Assembly (NCBI RefSeq): GCF_001194135.2
Contig: NC_068993.1
Coordinates: 9,132,864-9,196,863, forward strand
DNA from: Octopus bimaculoides
Taxonomy: Eukaryota
DNA length: 64,000 nucleotides
Reading direction: 5' to 3'
The notes beneath the pieces are model-generated. The model was not told the DNA's origin, did no database searches, and saw only the letters and a list, made by a program, of their open reading frames with translations. Position numbers and translations under genes: made by a program. Below, piece after piece: positions 12,270 to 24,265 of the stretch (positions are counted from its first letter, which is position 1; the number at the start of each line of letters is the position of its first letter).

Positions 12270-12500
12270 TCTAAGAAATGTTTTATGGTACTGACTGGCA
12301 ATCTTGAGTAGGTTTCTGCTTTCAACTGTGTGGAAGCAAGCCCTGCCTCACTGCACACTACAAAGCCACAACAACCACAAACAAAATCATTTGAAGCAGG
12401 TTCTTCTTCTTGTCTTAGGGGTAAGCATGGCTCTGTAGTTAAGAAAGCCCTCTGAGACTGTTGAGATCAATGTGGTAGTGGTCTGTCTTGAACCATGGTA
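12270..12500 (-). mobile_element. Degenerate RTE LINE C-terminus (zinc-finger-like remnant)
   Basis: Minus-strand FVCGCCGFVVCSEAGLAS resembles the F.C..CG..C.S..GL.SH terminus of RTE ORFs; frames are broken. Confidence 0.35.
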
Positions 12501-12727
12501 AGTCAGTAACTCCATCTTGAAGTTGTAGAGAGCAATTTGTAAATTAATCAAGAAGTAATTGGCAAATTAAAAGCTGAAAACACGCCTTCCGTCTTCATCA
12601 TTTCCAACAAAGTTATGAAGTAAGTAAATATCAAGACTGCCACAAGACCATAAAAGAGAAAAATGGAGAACAGTAGAAAGGGATTACAATGGATTAGTGT
12701 TAATTATGAATCTAATACTTTGTTTAC

Positions 12728-12878
12728 CTGGCAACAGTGTTTTTGATCCTGTTAATGATGTCGTCCTTCTTTTGTGAAGTACAAAGTCGGAGGAATCTTT
12801 GGCATACACAACACTGGGCATCAGTGTCAGGAGTTCACTCATCATTAACTCATGCATGCTGATAACCAGAGTAAACAC
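12728..12878 (-). CDS. GEMIN5: GEMIN5 internal exon (151 nt, phase 0-1)
   Basis: Acceptor gtttctatcttcag, donor CAG|GTAAAC. Translates VFTLVISMHELMMSELLTLMPSVVYAKDSSDFVLHKRRTTSLTGSKTLLP(D), weakly similar to human RLVFCLLELLSRHL. Phase fits the next exon. Confidence 0.8.
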
Positions 12879-12933
12879 CTGAAGATAGAAACACAATATA
12901 AAATTTATATGAATACTTACGTATCTATAAACG

Positions 12934-13163
12934 TTAAATTCAACTTAAGTTGAAAGTCAATGAAGTTTGCTTTACAAGCGTTCAGATGTATTGAAAGATA
13001 AAGATAAGGAAATAATTTTATTCTCAGATGCAGGATAATACAGCATGAACAGGATAAACTAACCATATTTTGCAGAAAAATCTGTTGGCGGCCAGCCAGG
13101 AGACTCAAACTCACATCCCTGTGATTACACGTCAAGTGCTTTACCATTAAGCTAAACTGCCCC
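12934..13163 (-). mobile_element. tRNA-derived SINE of a distinct family (tRNA-Thr-like head)
   Basis: Head GGGGCAGTTTAGCTTAATGGTAAAGCACTTGACGTGTAATCACAGGGATGTGAGTTTGAGTCTC with A-box TAGCTTAATGG and a B-box-like motif, followed by a non-tRNA body. Confidence 0.65.
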
Positions 13164-13226
13164 AATGACAAATTCTTCTGCAAATTTAGGATATATAAAT
13201 CTAGCTTTATAAGATGCTATCATACA

Positions 13227-13400
13227 TTAAATTCACCTTATGTTGAAAGTCAACGAAGTTTGCTTTACAAGCGTTTGGCAGCCAACAGATTTTTCTCCAA
13301 AATATGGTTAGTTTATCCTGTTCATGCTATATATATTATTAGCATTATCCTGCGTTTGAGAATAAAATTATTTCCTTATCTGTGTCTTTCAATATCTATA
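13227..13400. mobile_element. Second, 5'-truncated and partly inverted copy of the 12934-13163 SINE
   Basis: 13227-13275 is a direct copy of 12934-12982; 13276-13398 is the reverse complement of 12983-13094. Confidence 0.8.
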
Positions 13401-14412
13401 AACATTTATACAAGACGGAATGAACAGGCTTTAACTGCAAAATACAACAATTGTTTTCATGCAGTGGCAACAACTGTTAGCTGCTGAGTTTTTCATATCA
13501 TAAATTAAATCACGTAAGTAAATATGATTCAGCAGCAGTTGTGTACTGGTATGTCATTGGTTAGTAGATACATACATACATACACAGTTGTAGAAATCAG
13601 CAACTCAGCGGATGTTAGCATGAAGCTAAACATCAGTAAAAAAGAAAATACCTAAGCTGTACTATTGAGGAATCTACAGCTACTTTATCAAAATTACAAG
13701 TTCAGGTTTATATCTGTGATTATTGGGACACTGGGATATGTAACACACACTCTGCCTAAATACCAATCTTGAGAAATTAGGCTTTTCAAAACCAGAAAGG
13801 AGAAAGCTGATGTGAAGATTACAAATCCAAACCATCACTGGAACTGTAAAAATCTGTAAAACTTTCCAGAAGTTTTATCATTTAAGTATATGTGTGCATG
13901 TCTAGACATGAAAGTGTATGCATAAGAATACATGCAATCTGTACATATACATACATACAAAAATATCCTGTTGATGTTGTTGAAATTCCAATGAAGGAGC
14001 CTTGGATCTAGGTTAGAAACCGGTTCTTTCTCAATTGTCAAGAAATCTCGAAATAAAATGACACACGCAGAGAGAGAGAGAGAGAGCATCAAATTGATAT
14101 CCGCAATAAATGTCCCTTGGATTTCTGTTGTTTTTGTATCTGAATTGGTCTTTCGTAATTTATGACCATTTAATTCAAACATTTCTATCTTTTCCCTTTC
14201 TTCAGCTATCGTTTCTATAGAAACGTTAAAGACTTCAGCCAATCTTTGCAAGCGTCATCCTTATACATCCTGTGTTTGCTTTTTTTTTTTTTTACCTCAT
14301 CTTTGTGGGTTTTTTTACATTTTTGCACCATATAAGTGTGTGTATATGTGTGCACGTGTATGCATTCTATCCTATTGATTTTTCGAGGGTATTAATTTAC
14401 TTCTGTATCTAC

Positions 14413-14578
14413 AGGCACAGACATGGCTGTGTGGTAAGAAGTTTGCCTCTCAACCATATGGTTTTAGGTTCATTCCCACTGCGTGGCACTTTGTGTAACT
14501 GTCTTCTTCTATAACCTTGGCCGACCAAAGTCTTAAGAATGGATTTAGCAAATGGAAACTTAAAGAAACCTGCTGCAC
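14413..14578 (+). mobile_element. SINE family A, 5' half
   Basis: ggcacagacatggctgtgtggtaagaagtttgc...gcactttgtgtaactgtc...gaaacttaaagaaacc. Confidence 0.75.
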
Positions 14579-14607
14579 ACACACACACACGCATACATAT
14601 ATGTATA

Positions 14608-14996
14608 CTCTTTTACTTGTTTCAGTCATTTGACTGTGGCCATATTGGAGCACCGCCTATAGTCAAGCAAATTGACCCCAGGACTTATTCTTTGTAAGCC
14701 TAGTACTTATTCTATCAGTCTCTTTTGCCAAACCACTAAGTTACGGGGCTGTAAACACACCAGCATTGGTTGTCAAGCGATGTTGGGGGGACAAACACAG
14801 ACACACGAACATATACACACACATACATATACACGACAGGCTTCTTTCAGTTTCCATCTACCAAATCCACTTACAAGGCTTTGGTCGACCCGAGGCTACA
14901 GTAGAAGACACTTGCCTAAGGTGCCACGCAGTGGGACTGAACCCGGAACCATGTGGTTGGTAAGCAAGCGACTTACCACACAGCTACTCCTGTGCC
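14608..14996 (-). mobile_element. SINE family A, full length, well conserved
   Basis: Complete head-to-tail match to the other family-A copies. Confidence 0.9.
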
Positions 14997-15367
14997 TATA
15001 TNNNNNNNNNNNNNNNNNNNNNNNNNNNNNNNNNNNNNNNNNNNNNNNNNNNNNNNNNNNNNNNNNNNNNNNNNNNNNNNNNNNNNNNNNNNNNNNNNNN
15101 NNNNNNNNNNNNNNNNNNNNNNNNNNNNNNNNNNNNNNNNNNNNNNNNNNNNNNNNNNNNNNNNNNNNNNNNNNNNNNNNNNNNNNNNNNNNNNNNNNNN
15201 NNNNNNNNNNNNNNNNNNNNNNNNNNNNNNNNNNNNNNNNNNNNNNNNNNNNNNNNNNNNNNNNNNNNNNNNNNNNNNNNNNNNNNNNNNNNNNNNNNNN
15301 NNNNNNNNNNNNNNNNNNNNNNNNNNNNNNNNCTACACAATTATTTGATTTAGCTGGATACATTCCC

Positions 15368-15418
<51 letters not shown>

Positions 15419-16178
15419 GGTAGACAGAAGGAAAAAGAGAAGGAGATGAATGAATGTAACACAGACCAAATGGAAGATAGTTGTTTTTGTTATTTACAGC
15501 TGCTTATATGGTAATGAGCTCTTGGACTGGATACAAACTAAGAAGAATCATTTGAAATGCTGCCACAAGATTTCAGCCACAAAGGATAGCTTACAGAGAG
15601 GAGGAGAGAGAGAAAAGGGAGGGGGTTATAACATCACACAGACAGGGCACACTTCAGTCTTCATAAGCTCCCCAGTAATGGGTTCCACTCTGGCTTTGTG
15701 GTTCAATGATTCGGGTTACTAAGGGCATCACAGCTGTGAAAACATTGTGTATTTAAGCCGAAATCTTCAGAAGTACATCCAACCTTTGCATAAAATCCAC
15801 AAATTTATTCATAGCAGACTTTTCTGAGATAAGCGGAGAAATCTTTTTACACGAACAACATTTTACACACAAAAGTATACAAGAGGGAAAATCGGACGAG
15901 TTGTGATATTATGCCTTTTCCTGTAGACACATTGGAGGCTGAAGCAGAATGTGTGAGTATAAGTGTGAATCTGATAATAATGGTTCATTCTGGTTCTGGC
16001 CAGTTTGATTAAGGCAGCGAGGTGGCAGAATCGTTAGCATTCTGTACTTCAGTACATCTAGTTCTTGAAACATACCAAATCACTTAGAGAGACCAGCAAA
16101 TCATCTAGACATACATGAATGTATCTCAGCATATTGTGATGAATATATATAATTTAATGTATGCAGTATAAAGATAGA

Positions 16179-16284
16179 AGCTACTAATAGTTTCATGCAT
16201 TGTCTCCAAAACCAGAAGACACAAGGCATGTTATAAAAACCTGCCATAAACTTGTGCCTCCAATGCATGAAACTATTGGTAGCT
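16179..16284. mobile_element. 106-bp putative MITE with 24-bp TIRs
   Basis: agctactaatagtttcatgcattg ... caatgcatgaaactattggtagct (23/24 complementary). No clear TSD. Confidence 0.65.
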
Positions 16285-16302
16285 CATATTGCCTTAACAG
16301 AA

Positions 16303-16338
<36 letters not shown>

Positions 16339-16379
16339 TTTGTTATTTACAGCTGCTTATATGGTAATGAGCTCTTGAC

Positions 16380-16442
16380 TAATATATCCTTTTGTTATTT
16401 ACACCACCTGTCCTCGTCTGTTGTTATTATTTGTATATTCTC

Positions 16443-16444
<2 letters not shown>
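16380..16444 (-). mobile_element. Penelope-like element terminal fragment
   Basis: tttgttatttacaccacctgtcctcgtctgttg...ttctccc is the reverse complement of the start of the 27874-28042 insert. The PLE assignment is inference. Confidence 0.45.
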
Positions 16445-16486
<42 letters not shown>

Positions 16487-17570
16487 GGTACAAGCATGGA
16501 GGTGTGGTTAAGAAGTTTCCTTCCAAGCAAATAAATTTGTGTCTGCCTGGATATTGTATATATATATATATATATATATACACATACACACACACACACA
16601 CACATCTACAGAAAATATAACAAGCTAACAAATCATATTCACACATAGAAAGAGGCAATGCATTCACAAATGCACGTGTATTCACTTGCATACCAACACA
16701 ACATGGCAGCAATATACATAATATACACACATGTATATTGTACATACACACACACACACATATATATATACTGTACATACACATATACATAAACACAAAG
16801 TAGCAACCCGTGCACATATAAGCACACACAGAAACACACACACACACACACACATACTCAAACATGCGCACATATGAACATGCACATTCCCAAACATGTA
16901 CACGCATACACACGCACAGACATATATCACAAAGTAACAACTCATACGATCACACATATATATGTATGTGTGTGTTTGTGTGTGTATATATATATATGTG
17001 TGTGTCTGTATATATATATATATATATATGTTTGTATATATATATATGTGTGTGTGTATGTATATATATATATATATATATGTTTGTATATATATGTGTG
17101 TGTGTGTGTATGTATATGTATATATATATNNNNNNNNNNNNNNNNNNNNNNNNNNNNNNNNNNNNNNNNNNNNNNNNNNNNNNNNNNNNNNNNNNNNNNN
17201 NNNNNNNNNNNNNNNNNNNNNNNNNNNNNNNNNNNNNNNNNNNNNNNNNNNNNNNNNNNNNNNNNNNNNNNNNNNNNNNNNNNNNNNNNNNNNNNNNNNN
17301 NNNNNNNNNNNNNNNNNTATACATCACACATACATATACATACATACATATCTATCTATTTGCATGCTTCTGGTGAGGAACCTAAAATAAAAAAATGAAA
17401 GCAAAAGAATTTAATAAAATAAAAGAGAAATTCCAAATGGGAAATGTTAACATTAGCAAAATGTTAACATTGCAAGATTAACTATTCACACACACACAAA
17501 CATGCGCATGCATATACACACACAAACGTGCGCACACGCACACACACAGAGGTTTACTACATACACACTG

Positions 17571-17622
<52 letters not shown>

Positions 17623-18091
17623 AGAGAACATGGAAAATTCTTCACATGTAAGCTAACAGCTATATTTAATTCCCTCTTCAAACCCCAGTTGCTGTTGAGA
17701 TATTTGTAGTTACAATGGTGATTGTGATGATGACGACAGTGATGACGATAAGGGTTGTGATAGTGGCGATAATGATGATGGTGATGATGACAGTGGCAAC
17801 ATTGTTGTGATGATGATGATGATGTGAGTTGTGACAGGTTCATGGTGACAATGCTAATGATATTGGTGTAGATGGTACACCCCCATTATACTTCTGTTGA
17901 TGATGATGATGATGGTGATGACAACGACGTTGCTGGTAGTGGTACTAGTACAATATTGTACGATGATGGTGCTGATGCTGATGGTGGTGGAAGTGGTGAT
18001 AATGATGATGATGATGATGATGATGATGACAATGATGATAGCATTGCTGTTATAAATGATTGCGGTGGCTGACAGCAGTATTACGCCAGCA

Positions 18092-18123
<32 letters not shown>

Positions 18124-18396
18124 ATATTTGTGATGATGGTGGCAGCAATATTGTTATGATGAGGGTGGTGGTGGTGGTGGTGGTGGTGGCGGAAGTGGAG
18201 GTGGGCAAGTATATGGGCGTATAATGTGAAGCATTTCAAAAGTGCCACCACTACCACCACCACAGCCACCGCTGCCGCCACCACCTTTGCCAAACTGCAC
18301 ACCCATCCAGTCTGGCACTGAAGCTGGCAACACAAGCATCAATTGGCAATGGTACCATCACAACCTGACATCACTTTTATCAAGAGCATAACTAAC

Positions 18397-18452
<56 letters not shown>

Positions 18453-18474
18453 AATAATAATGATAATAATAATG

Positions 18475-18511
<37 letters not shown>

Positions 18512-18594
18512 TAATAATAATGATNNNNNNNNNNNNNNNNNNNNNNNNNNNNNNNNNNNNNNNNNNNNNNNNNNNNNNNNNNNNCCAAAGACGA

Positions 18595-18900
18595 AAGGCA
18601 AAGTAGACCTTGGTGGAATTTGAACTCAGATTGTAAAGCCAGAAGAAATGCTGCTAACCATTCTGTCCATCATGCTACCTTAATAATCCTTTCTATGAAA
18701 GGCACACGGCCTGAAATTTGGGGGGCAGGGATTAAGTCGATTACATTGACCCCACTACTCAACTGGTACTTAATTCATCGACCCTGAAAGGATGAAAGGC
18801 AAAGTCAACCTCGGTGGAATTTGAACTCAGAATACAGCGTCAGATGAAATACCGCTCAGCATTTCGCCAGGTGTGCTAACGATTCTGCCACCTCGCTACC

Positions 18901-18935
<35 letters not shown>

Positions 18936-19339
18936 CCTTTCTACTGAAATCTTTTCTGCTATAGGCACATGGCCTGAAATTTGGGAGAGGGGACTAGTCG
19001 ATTACATTGACCCCATTGTTTTACTGGTACTTAATTTATCAACCCTGAAAGGATGAAAGGCAAAGTCGACATTCATGGAGTTTGAACTCAGAATGCAGCG
19101 ACAGGCAAAATACCTCAAAGTATTTCGTCCAGCATGCTAACAATTCTGCCAGCTTTATCGCCCACAAGGGGCTAAACATAGAGGGGACAAACAAGGACAA
19201 AGAGATTAAGATGATTACATCAACACCAGTGTGTAACTGGTACTTATTTAATCGACCCCAAAAGGATGAAAGGTAAATTCGACCTCGGCAGAATTTGAAC
19301 TCAGAACGTAACGGCAATGATTCTGCCAGCTTGCCACCC

Positions 19340-19340
<1 letters not shown>
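18595..19340 (-). mobile_element. Tandem cluster of family-B SINE copies separated by (AAT)n
   Basis: Four units containing gaaaggatgaaaggcaaagtc...gaatttgaactcagaa...gctaacgattctgcca. Confidence 0.8.
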
Positions 19341-19425
<85 letters not shown>

Positions 19426-20379
19426 GTGATGAGGGGGACAATACAAAACAGACATAAAGTGTGGGGGGATTACATCTAATGGAATAAAATAAATAAATAA
19501 ATGAAAAAGTATACATGGAATACAACAAAAAAGAAGGGAAATAAACATAATATACAAAGGTTAACAAAAACGAAGTGGGGGATGATAGCAATTTTGTCCT
19601 CCTGACATAGGATGACCTCAAGGGATAATTAAGGAACCCCACTGTCCAAGATCTCGAACACCAAAGGCAAGTGCTCTCTCCAATTCCCTTTCTCTGATTC
19701 ACAGGTCTACACTTAGAGAGATCCAATCCACTCTTGCCCTAATGCAGTACTGGGCAGTGGCTCTCGTGGTTTCTGATCTTAACTGATTGAAAGTGTTGTC
19801 ATGTACATGTTCTGTCCTGATGGAAAAGATGGGCTACAGCAAATATTTTGCTCAACACCACTGGTTTGCTGGTCAGTTGCTTGACCTTAAACAGTTGAGC
19901 ATGTCCCTTAATGGCTGACAATATGTGCATCTCTGATCATGAGCAGGGAGAGTGAGGGAGCATCATAGCCATGTTTTGGGAGGGATTTTTTGAGGTTTGA
20001 ATAATTCACCCCTGGAAACATGGGTGTTTCATTCATCATCCTTAAACAACCCTTATTCAAAGACCTTTTGAGCGAGAAGGGTTACCCAACCTGATGAAAA
20101 TTCCAACTGGGCCCCATCTGCAAGGTCATGTAATGTTTACCTTGATACAAGTTCACCATGTTGAGTGTTACTTTATTTTTTTTAACCCCGAAAAGATGGA
20201 TGACAGAGTTGACCATGGTAGGATTTGAACTCACAACATAAAGGATCAGAACAAATACTGCAAAGCACAGACATGGCTGTGTGGGTACGAAGTTTGCTTA
20301 CCAACCATGTAGTTTCGGGTTCAGTCCTACTGCATGGTACTTAGATAGGGTAATCTAAGAAGAAACAACTGAACCAAGA

Positions 20380-20800
20380 CATGACAATCAGATGGAACCC
20401 ATAGACAGTGGTTTTGTGTGAGAAACCAGGATGGAAGCAGCATGAGGTTCTTTTGATCAGAGTGAGGCTGTTGCAGGTTTGAACCGAGATCCACAATGTT
20501 ATATTGTTCTGTGCAGCTGGCATCTGACTTGAGAAAGATGACAGAGCAGTGATTCATGAAGCAGAACGAGGAGGCAGATAATGCTTTACGATACATATGA
20601 CGGCAAAGGTATTATATAAGAAAGAGACCAAAGCTGAAAGTGAAGAAAGAAAAAAGCCCCTGAATGAATAACAGAGAAGAACAGTTGCTACATGGTTTGA
20701 GTGGTAACAGCTGCACCCAAGCTTGGTGTGGTGGATGTAAAAGTTTGTTCGCTCGTTCATTGACACCAGAGAGAGATTTGTCTTGTCCCCCGACAAGCAA
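20380..20800 (+). mobile_element. Degenerate RTE-like LINE ORF remnant (endonuclease-RT linker)
   Basis: Broken frames SDLRKMTEQ.FMKQNEEADNALR...NNREEQLL.WFE, resembling the RKDK..W...AEEA...EEQ..RW.EHF linker of RTE elements. Confidence 0.35.
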
Positions 20801-20964
20801 GACTGAGATCTGAGTGAGTGCCACGTTCTAGACTAGATTCAATAAAGGGGGAAGAGAGAGGAACACAAAAGCAACAATTTATGAAATATATTGTATGTCA
20901 TGTGTCAGTAGCAGAAAAGAGAACCATTGCCATCAACGCTTGCAGTTAAGTAGCTGCATGGCCA

Positions 20965-21029
<65 letters not shown>

Positions 21030-21344
21030 TGCACACATGTATGTATATTTATTTTATGTACATATGTATGTGTGAGTGTGTGTGTGTGTGTGTGTGCACA
21101 CATACATACATTTTTCAACAAGTGAAAAAAACATTAGCAATTGTTGCGAGAGAAAATACAAAAACAATAAAATATTAGTCTTTGATACAACAATAAAGAA
21201 ACAAAGAAAAAAAAAAAAAAACTAACACACAATATGTCCCAATATATCACACACACACACATGTTGTTGTAAGACTAACACAATAACAATATAAAATAAG
21301 AGCGTGGCGATTACAACAACAAACATTTGGCTCCTTGGTGGAGC

Positions 21345-21384
<40 letters not shown>

Positions 21385-21797
21385 GGACGAAAAAGGAGAA
21401 ATGAAGGAAGGAAAGAAAGAAGACAAGAATGGGAGAGGGAGAAAGAAAGGGTAAAAGAAAGAGAGAGAGAGAGAAAGAGAGAGAAAGAAATGAACTCATG
21501 TTATAAGAATATAAGAGAAATGTCTAAAAGAAACAAGTAGTTAAGATAGTTGTTGCAAGATTCTATAAATGGAATTTGTGGAATAAACTGGCAACTTTCT
21601 AACAGACATGTTACCCTCTCTTTCTCTCTGGCAGATGAAAGAATAACCGTCTCACTGTATTCAATGAAAACCAGATTAACCTGGATACAAACGAAACCTT
21701 CATCTATGAAAGAGCCAACAGCAAAAGCTTAGACTAAGCCACACACTACAGGATGAACCATGTTGTTGCTCGACTTGCTAGAAATAGTAACCAAATA

Positions 21798-21969
21798 GGC
21801 GTAGGAGTAGCTGTGTGGTAAGTAGCTTGCTTACGAATCACATGGTCCCGGGTTCAGTCCCACTGCATGGTACCTTGGGCAAGTGTCTACTACTATAGCT
21901 TAGGGCAGACCAAAGCCTTGTGAGTGGATTTGGTAAACGGAAACTGAGAGAAGCCTGTCGTATATATGC

Positions 21970-22006
<37 letters not shown>

Positions 22007-22122
22007 CGTGTGTGCATATGTTTGTGTGTCTGTGTTTGTCCTCCCAGCATTGCTTGACAACCTATGCTGGTGTGTTTACATCCCCGTAACTTAGCGGTTC
22101 AGCAAAAGAGACCGATAGAATA
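21798..22122 (+). mobile_element. SINE family A
   Basis: ggcgtaggagtagctgtgtggtaagtagc...cccgtaacttagcggttcagcaaaagagaccgatagaa. Confidence 0.88.
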
Positions 22123-22182
22123 CCACTAATGATTCTGCCAGCTTGTCACCTTAACAACAACAACAATAATAATTACTATTAC

Positions 22183-22220
<38 letters not shown>

Positions 22221-22426
22221 NNNNNNNNNNNNNNNNNNNNNNNNNNNNNNNNNNNNNNNNNNNNNNNNNNNNNNNNNNNNNNNNNNNNNNNNNNNNNNNN
22301 NNNNNNNNNNNNNNNNNNNNNNNNNNNNNNNNNNNNNNNNNNNNNNNNNNNNNNNNNNNNNNNNNNNNNNNNNNNNNNNNNNNNNNNNNNNNNNNNNNNN
22401 NNNNNNNNNNNNNNNNNNNNNNNNNN

Positions 22427-22476
22427 GTTTGGTAAGGCATCGACTTGCATCTTGCACCTGTTTTATTGCAAGGTAG
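22427..22476 (-). CDS. GEMIN5: GEMIN5 exon, 5' part only; the rest lies in N gap 22221-22426
   Basis: Acceptor tttgttttgtttttaaaacag, then (C)YLAIKQVQDASRCLTK, matching human CYLGATCAYDAAKVLAK. Phase fits the preceding exon. Confidence 0.88.
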
Positions 22477-23044
22477 CTGTTTTAAAAACAAAACAAAAAA
22501 ACATTCTTTATTAAGGAATAGAAAGTTTAGAAAGGTATAACAATGCACTATAGAACAAAAAAATGGACTATATACCTGTTGTAACTTGGTTATCTATAGT
22601 CCGATGATATTTTGGAATTAGAATTCCTTCTTCAGATCTTATTTTTTATTCTTTACAAACAATGCACAATGCTTCAAGCGAACTACAATACTCTCTTATT
22701 CTTTATTAATTACACAGGGGCCAACAAAAAGATTGAGGACAGAACAAAATGACATAGTGTAGAGTTACATGAAAAGAATATGTAAACAGTATGGTCGCAT
22801 GTTAAGAAGTTATGGGGATGTAAACACACCAACACCAGTTGTCAAGCAGTAGTAGGGGACAAAAACAGATACAAACACACTCGCATACATAATGGGCTTC
22901 TTTCAGTTTCCATCTACCAAATTCACTCACAAGGTTTTAGTTGACCTGAGGCGATAGTAGAAGAGATTTGCTTAAGGTTCCACATAGTGGGACTGAACCT
23001 GGAACAATGTGGTTGCGAAGCAAACTTCTTAACCACATAAGACC

Positions 23045-23277
23045 CCATTTCAGTCATGAATGACCATGGGATTGCACCTAGAAATTTCCCCTCTGTTATA
23101 CAAGTCTGGTCAAGATTGTTTTTATGGAAGACCAGCAGTCGCCCATGCATACCAGCCTGCCCTCTCCACACCACCAATGTTATCCAAGCGAAAGGCAAAG
23201 GCTGATACAGCTTGGCACCAGTGACGTCACAACTCATTTCCACATGATTGCGAGCCTGACGCCCTAACCACTAAGCC
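23045..23277 (-). mobile_element. SINE family C, partial
   Basis: Shares catgaatgaccatgggattgcacctagaaa...atacagcttggcacc with 29371-29684 and 54701-55036. Confidence 0.75.
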
Positions 23278-24159
23278 ATTTATTAACAGTGAAACTCATG
23301 GAATATTTTACATATTTTCACAACAGCTTCCTTTGTAGTTGTAATATTTTTAATTAGCCATTTTCTTTCTGGTTCCATTTTAAGCTCAGCTTTTCGAGAT
23401 TAGTAGTGAGAAAGCTGGCTACATAACTGAGATCTCCAATAATTATAAGAATAAATTTTATGCTATAGTCTGGGTGGAGTAATTTCAAATTCCTCATTAG
23501 TTAATACTTATGTATGTAGGTGTGTATGATTAGATGTGTGTGTGCGTGTGTGTGTATCGTTATCTTTTATCTTTCACTTGTTTCAGTTATTGGAATGTGG
23601 CCATACTGGGGCACTGCCTTGAAGTGTTTAGTCAAACAAACTGACTCCAGTATCTACTTTTACCTACTGGTAGGTACTTATTCTATGAATAGGCCATTTT
23701 GGATTTAGTCCAACTGTGCGGTGCCTTGGGCAAGTGTTTTCTTTGACGGCCTTAGGCAGACCAATGCCTTGAGAGTGAATTTGATAAACAGAAACTGTGA
23801 GGAATCCTATCATGTACATCTATATATGTGTGTGTTTGTCCCCCTTCATCACACACACACACACACACACACACTGTTGGTTTGCTTACATTCCAGTAAC
23901 TTAGGGGTTCAATAAAAAGAGACCGATAGATCAAGCCCTTCAAAGTGATGCTCCAGCATGGCTACAGTTCAATGACTGTGGCCATGCTGGGGCACCTCCT
24001 TGAAGGGTTTTAGTCAAAGAAATCAACCCCAGGACTTATTCTTTATAAGCACAGTACTTATTCTATCAGTCTATTTTACCAATCCGCTAAGTTATGGGGA
24101 CATAAATATACCAACACTGGTTGTCACATATATATATATATATATCTCCCCCCCCCCTC

Positions 24160-24265
24160 GTTCTTCCTCTGTACTACTACGTATCTCGCCTTACCCCTCT
24201 TGTGCTTCCTCTGTACTACTACGTATCTCGCCTTACCCCTCTTGTTCTTCCTCTGTTACTACTAC
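24160..24265. repeat. ~39-bp tandem minisatellite, about 2.5 copies, next to an N gap
   Basis: cttcctctgtactactacgtatctcgccttacccctcttg repeated. Confidence 0.75.

Noticed and set aside
13095-13163. Possible tRNA-Thr gene
   Set aside because: Stems are imperfect and it continues into a repeated non-tRNA body, so it is treated as a SINE head.
18154-18342. Gly/Pro-rich ORF (MLVLPASVPDWMGVQFGKGGGG...)
   Set aside because: Embedded in GGT/GAT microsatellites with no credible splice sites.
21580-21710. Exon-like segments on both strands
   Set aside because: No similarity to GEMIN5, not needed for frame continuity, and no partner exons found.
23933-24010. Hairpin gctccagcatggctacagt / actgtggccatgctggggc
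   Set aside because: Explained by two family-A SINE tails joined tail to tail.
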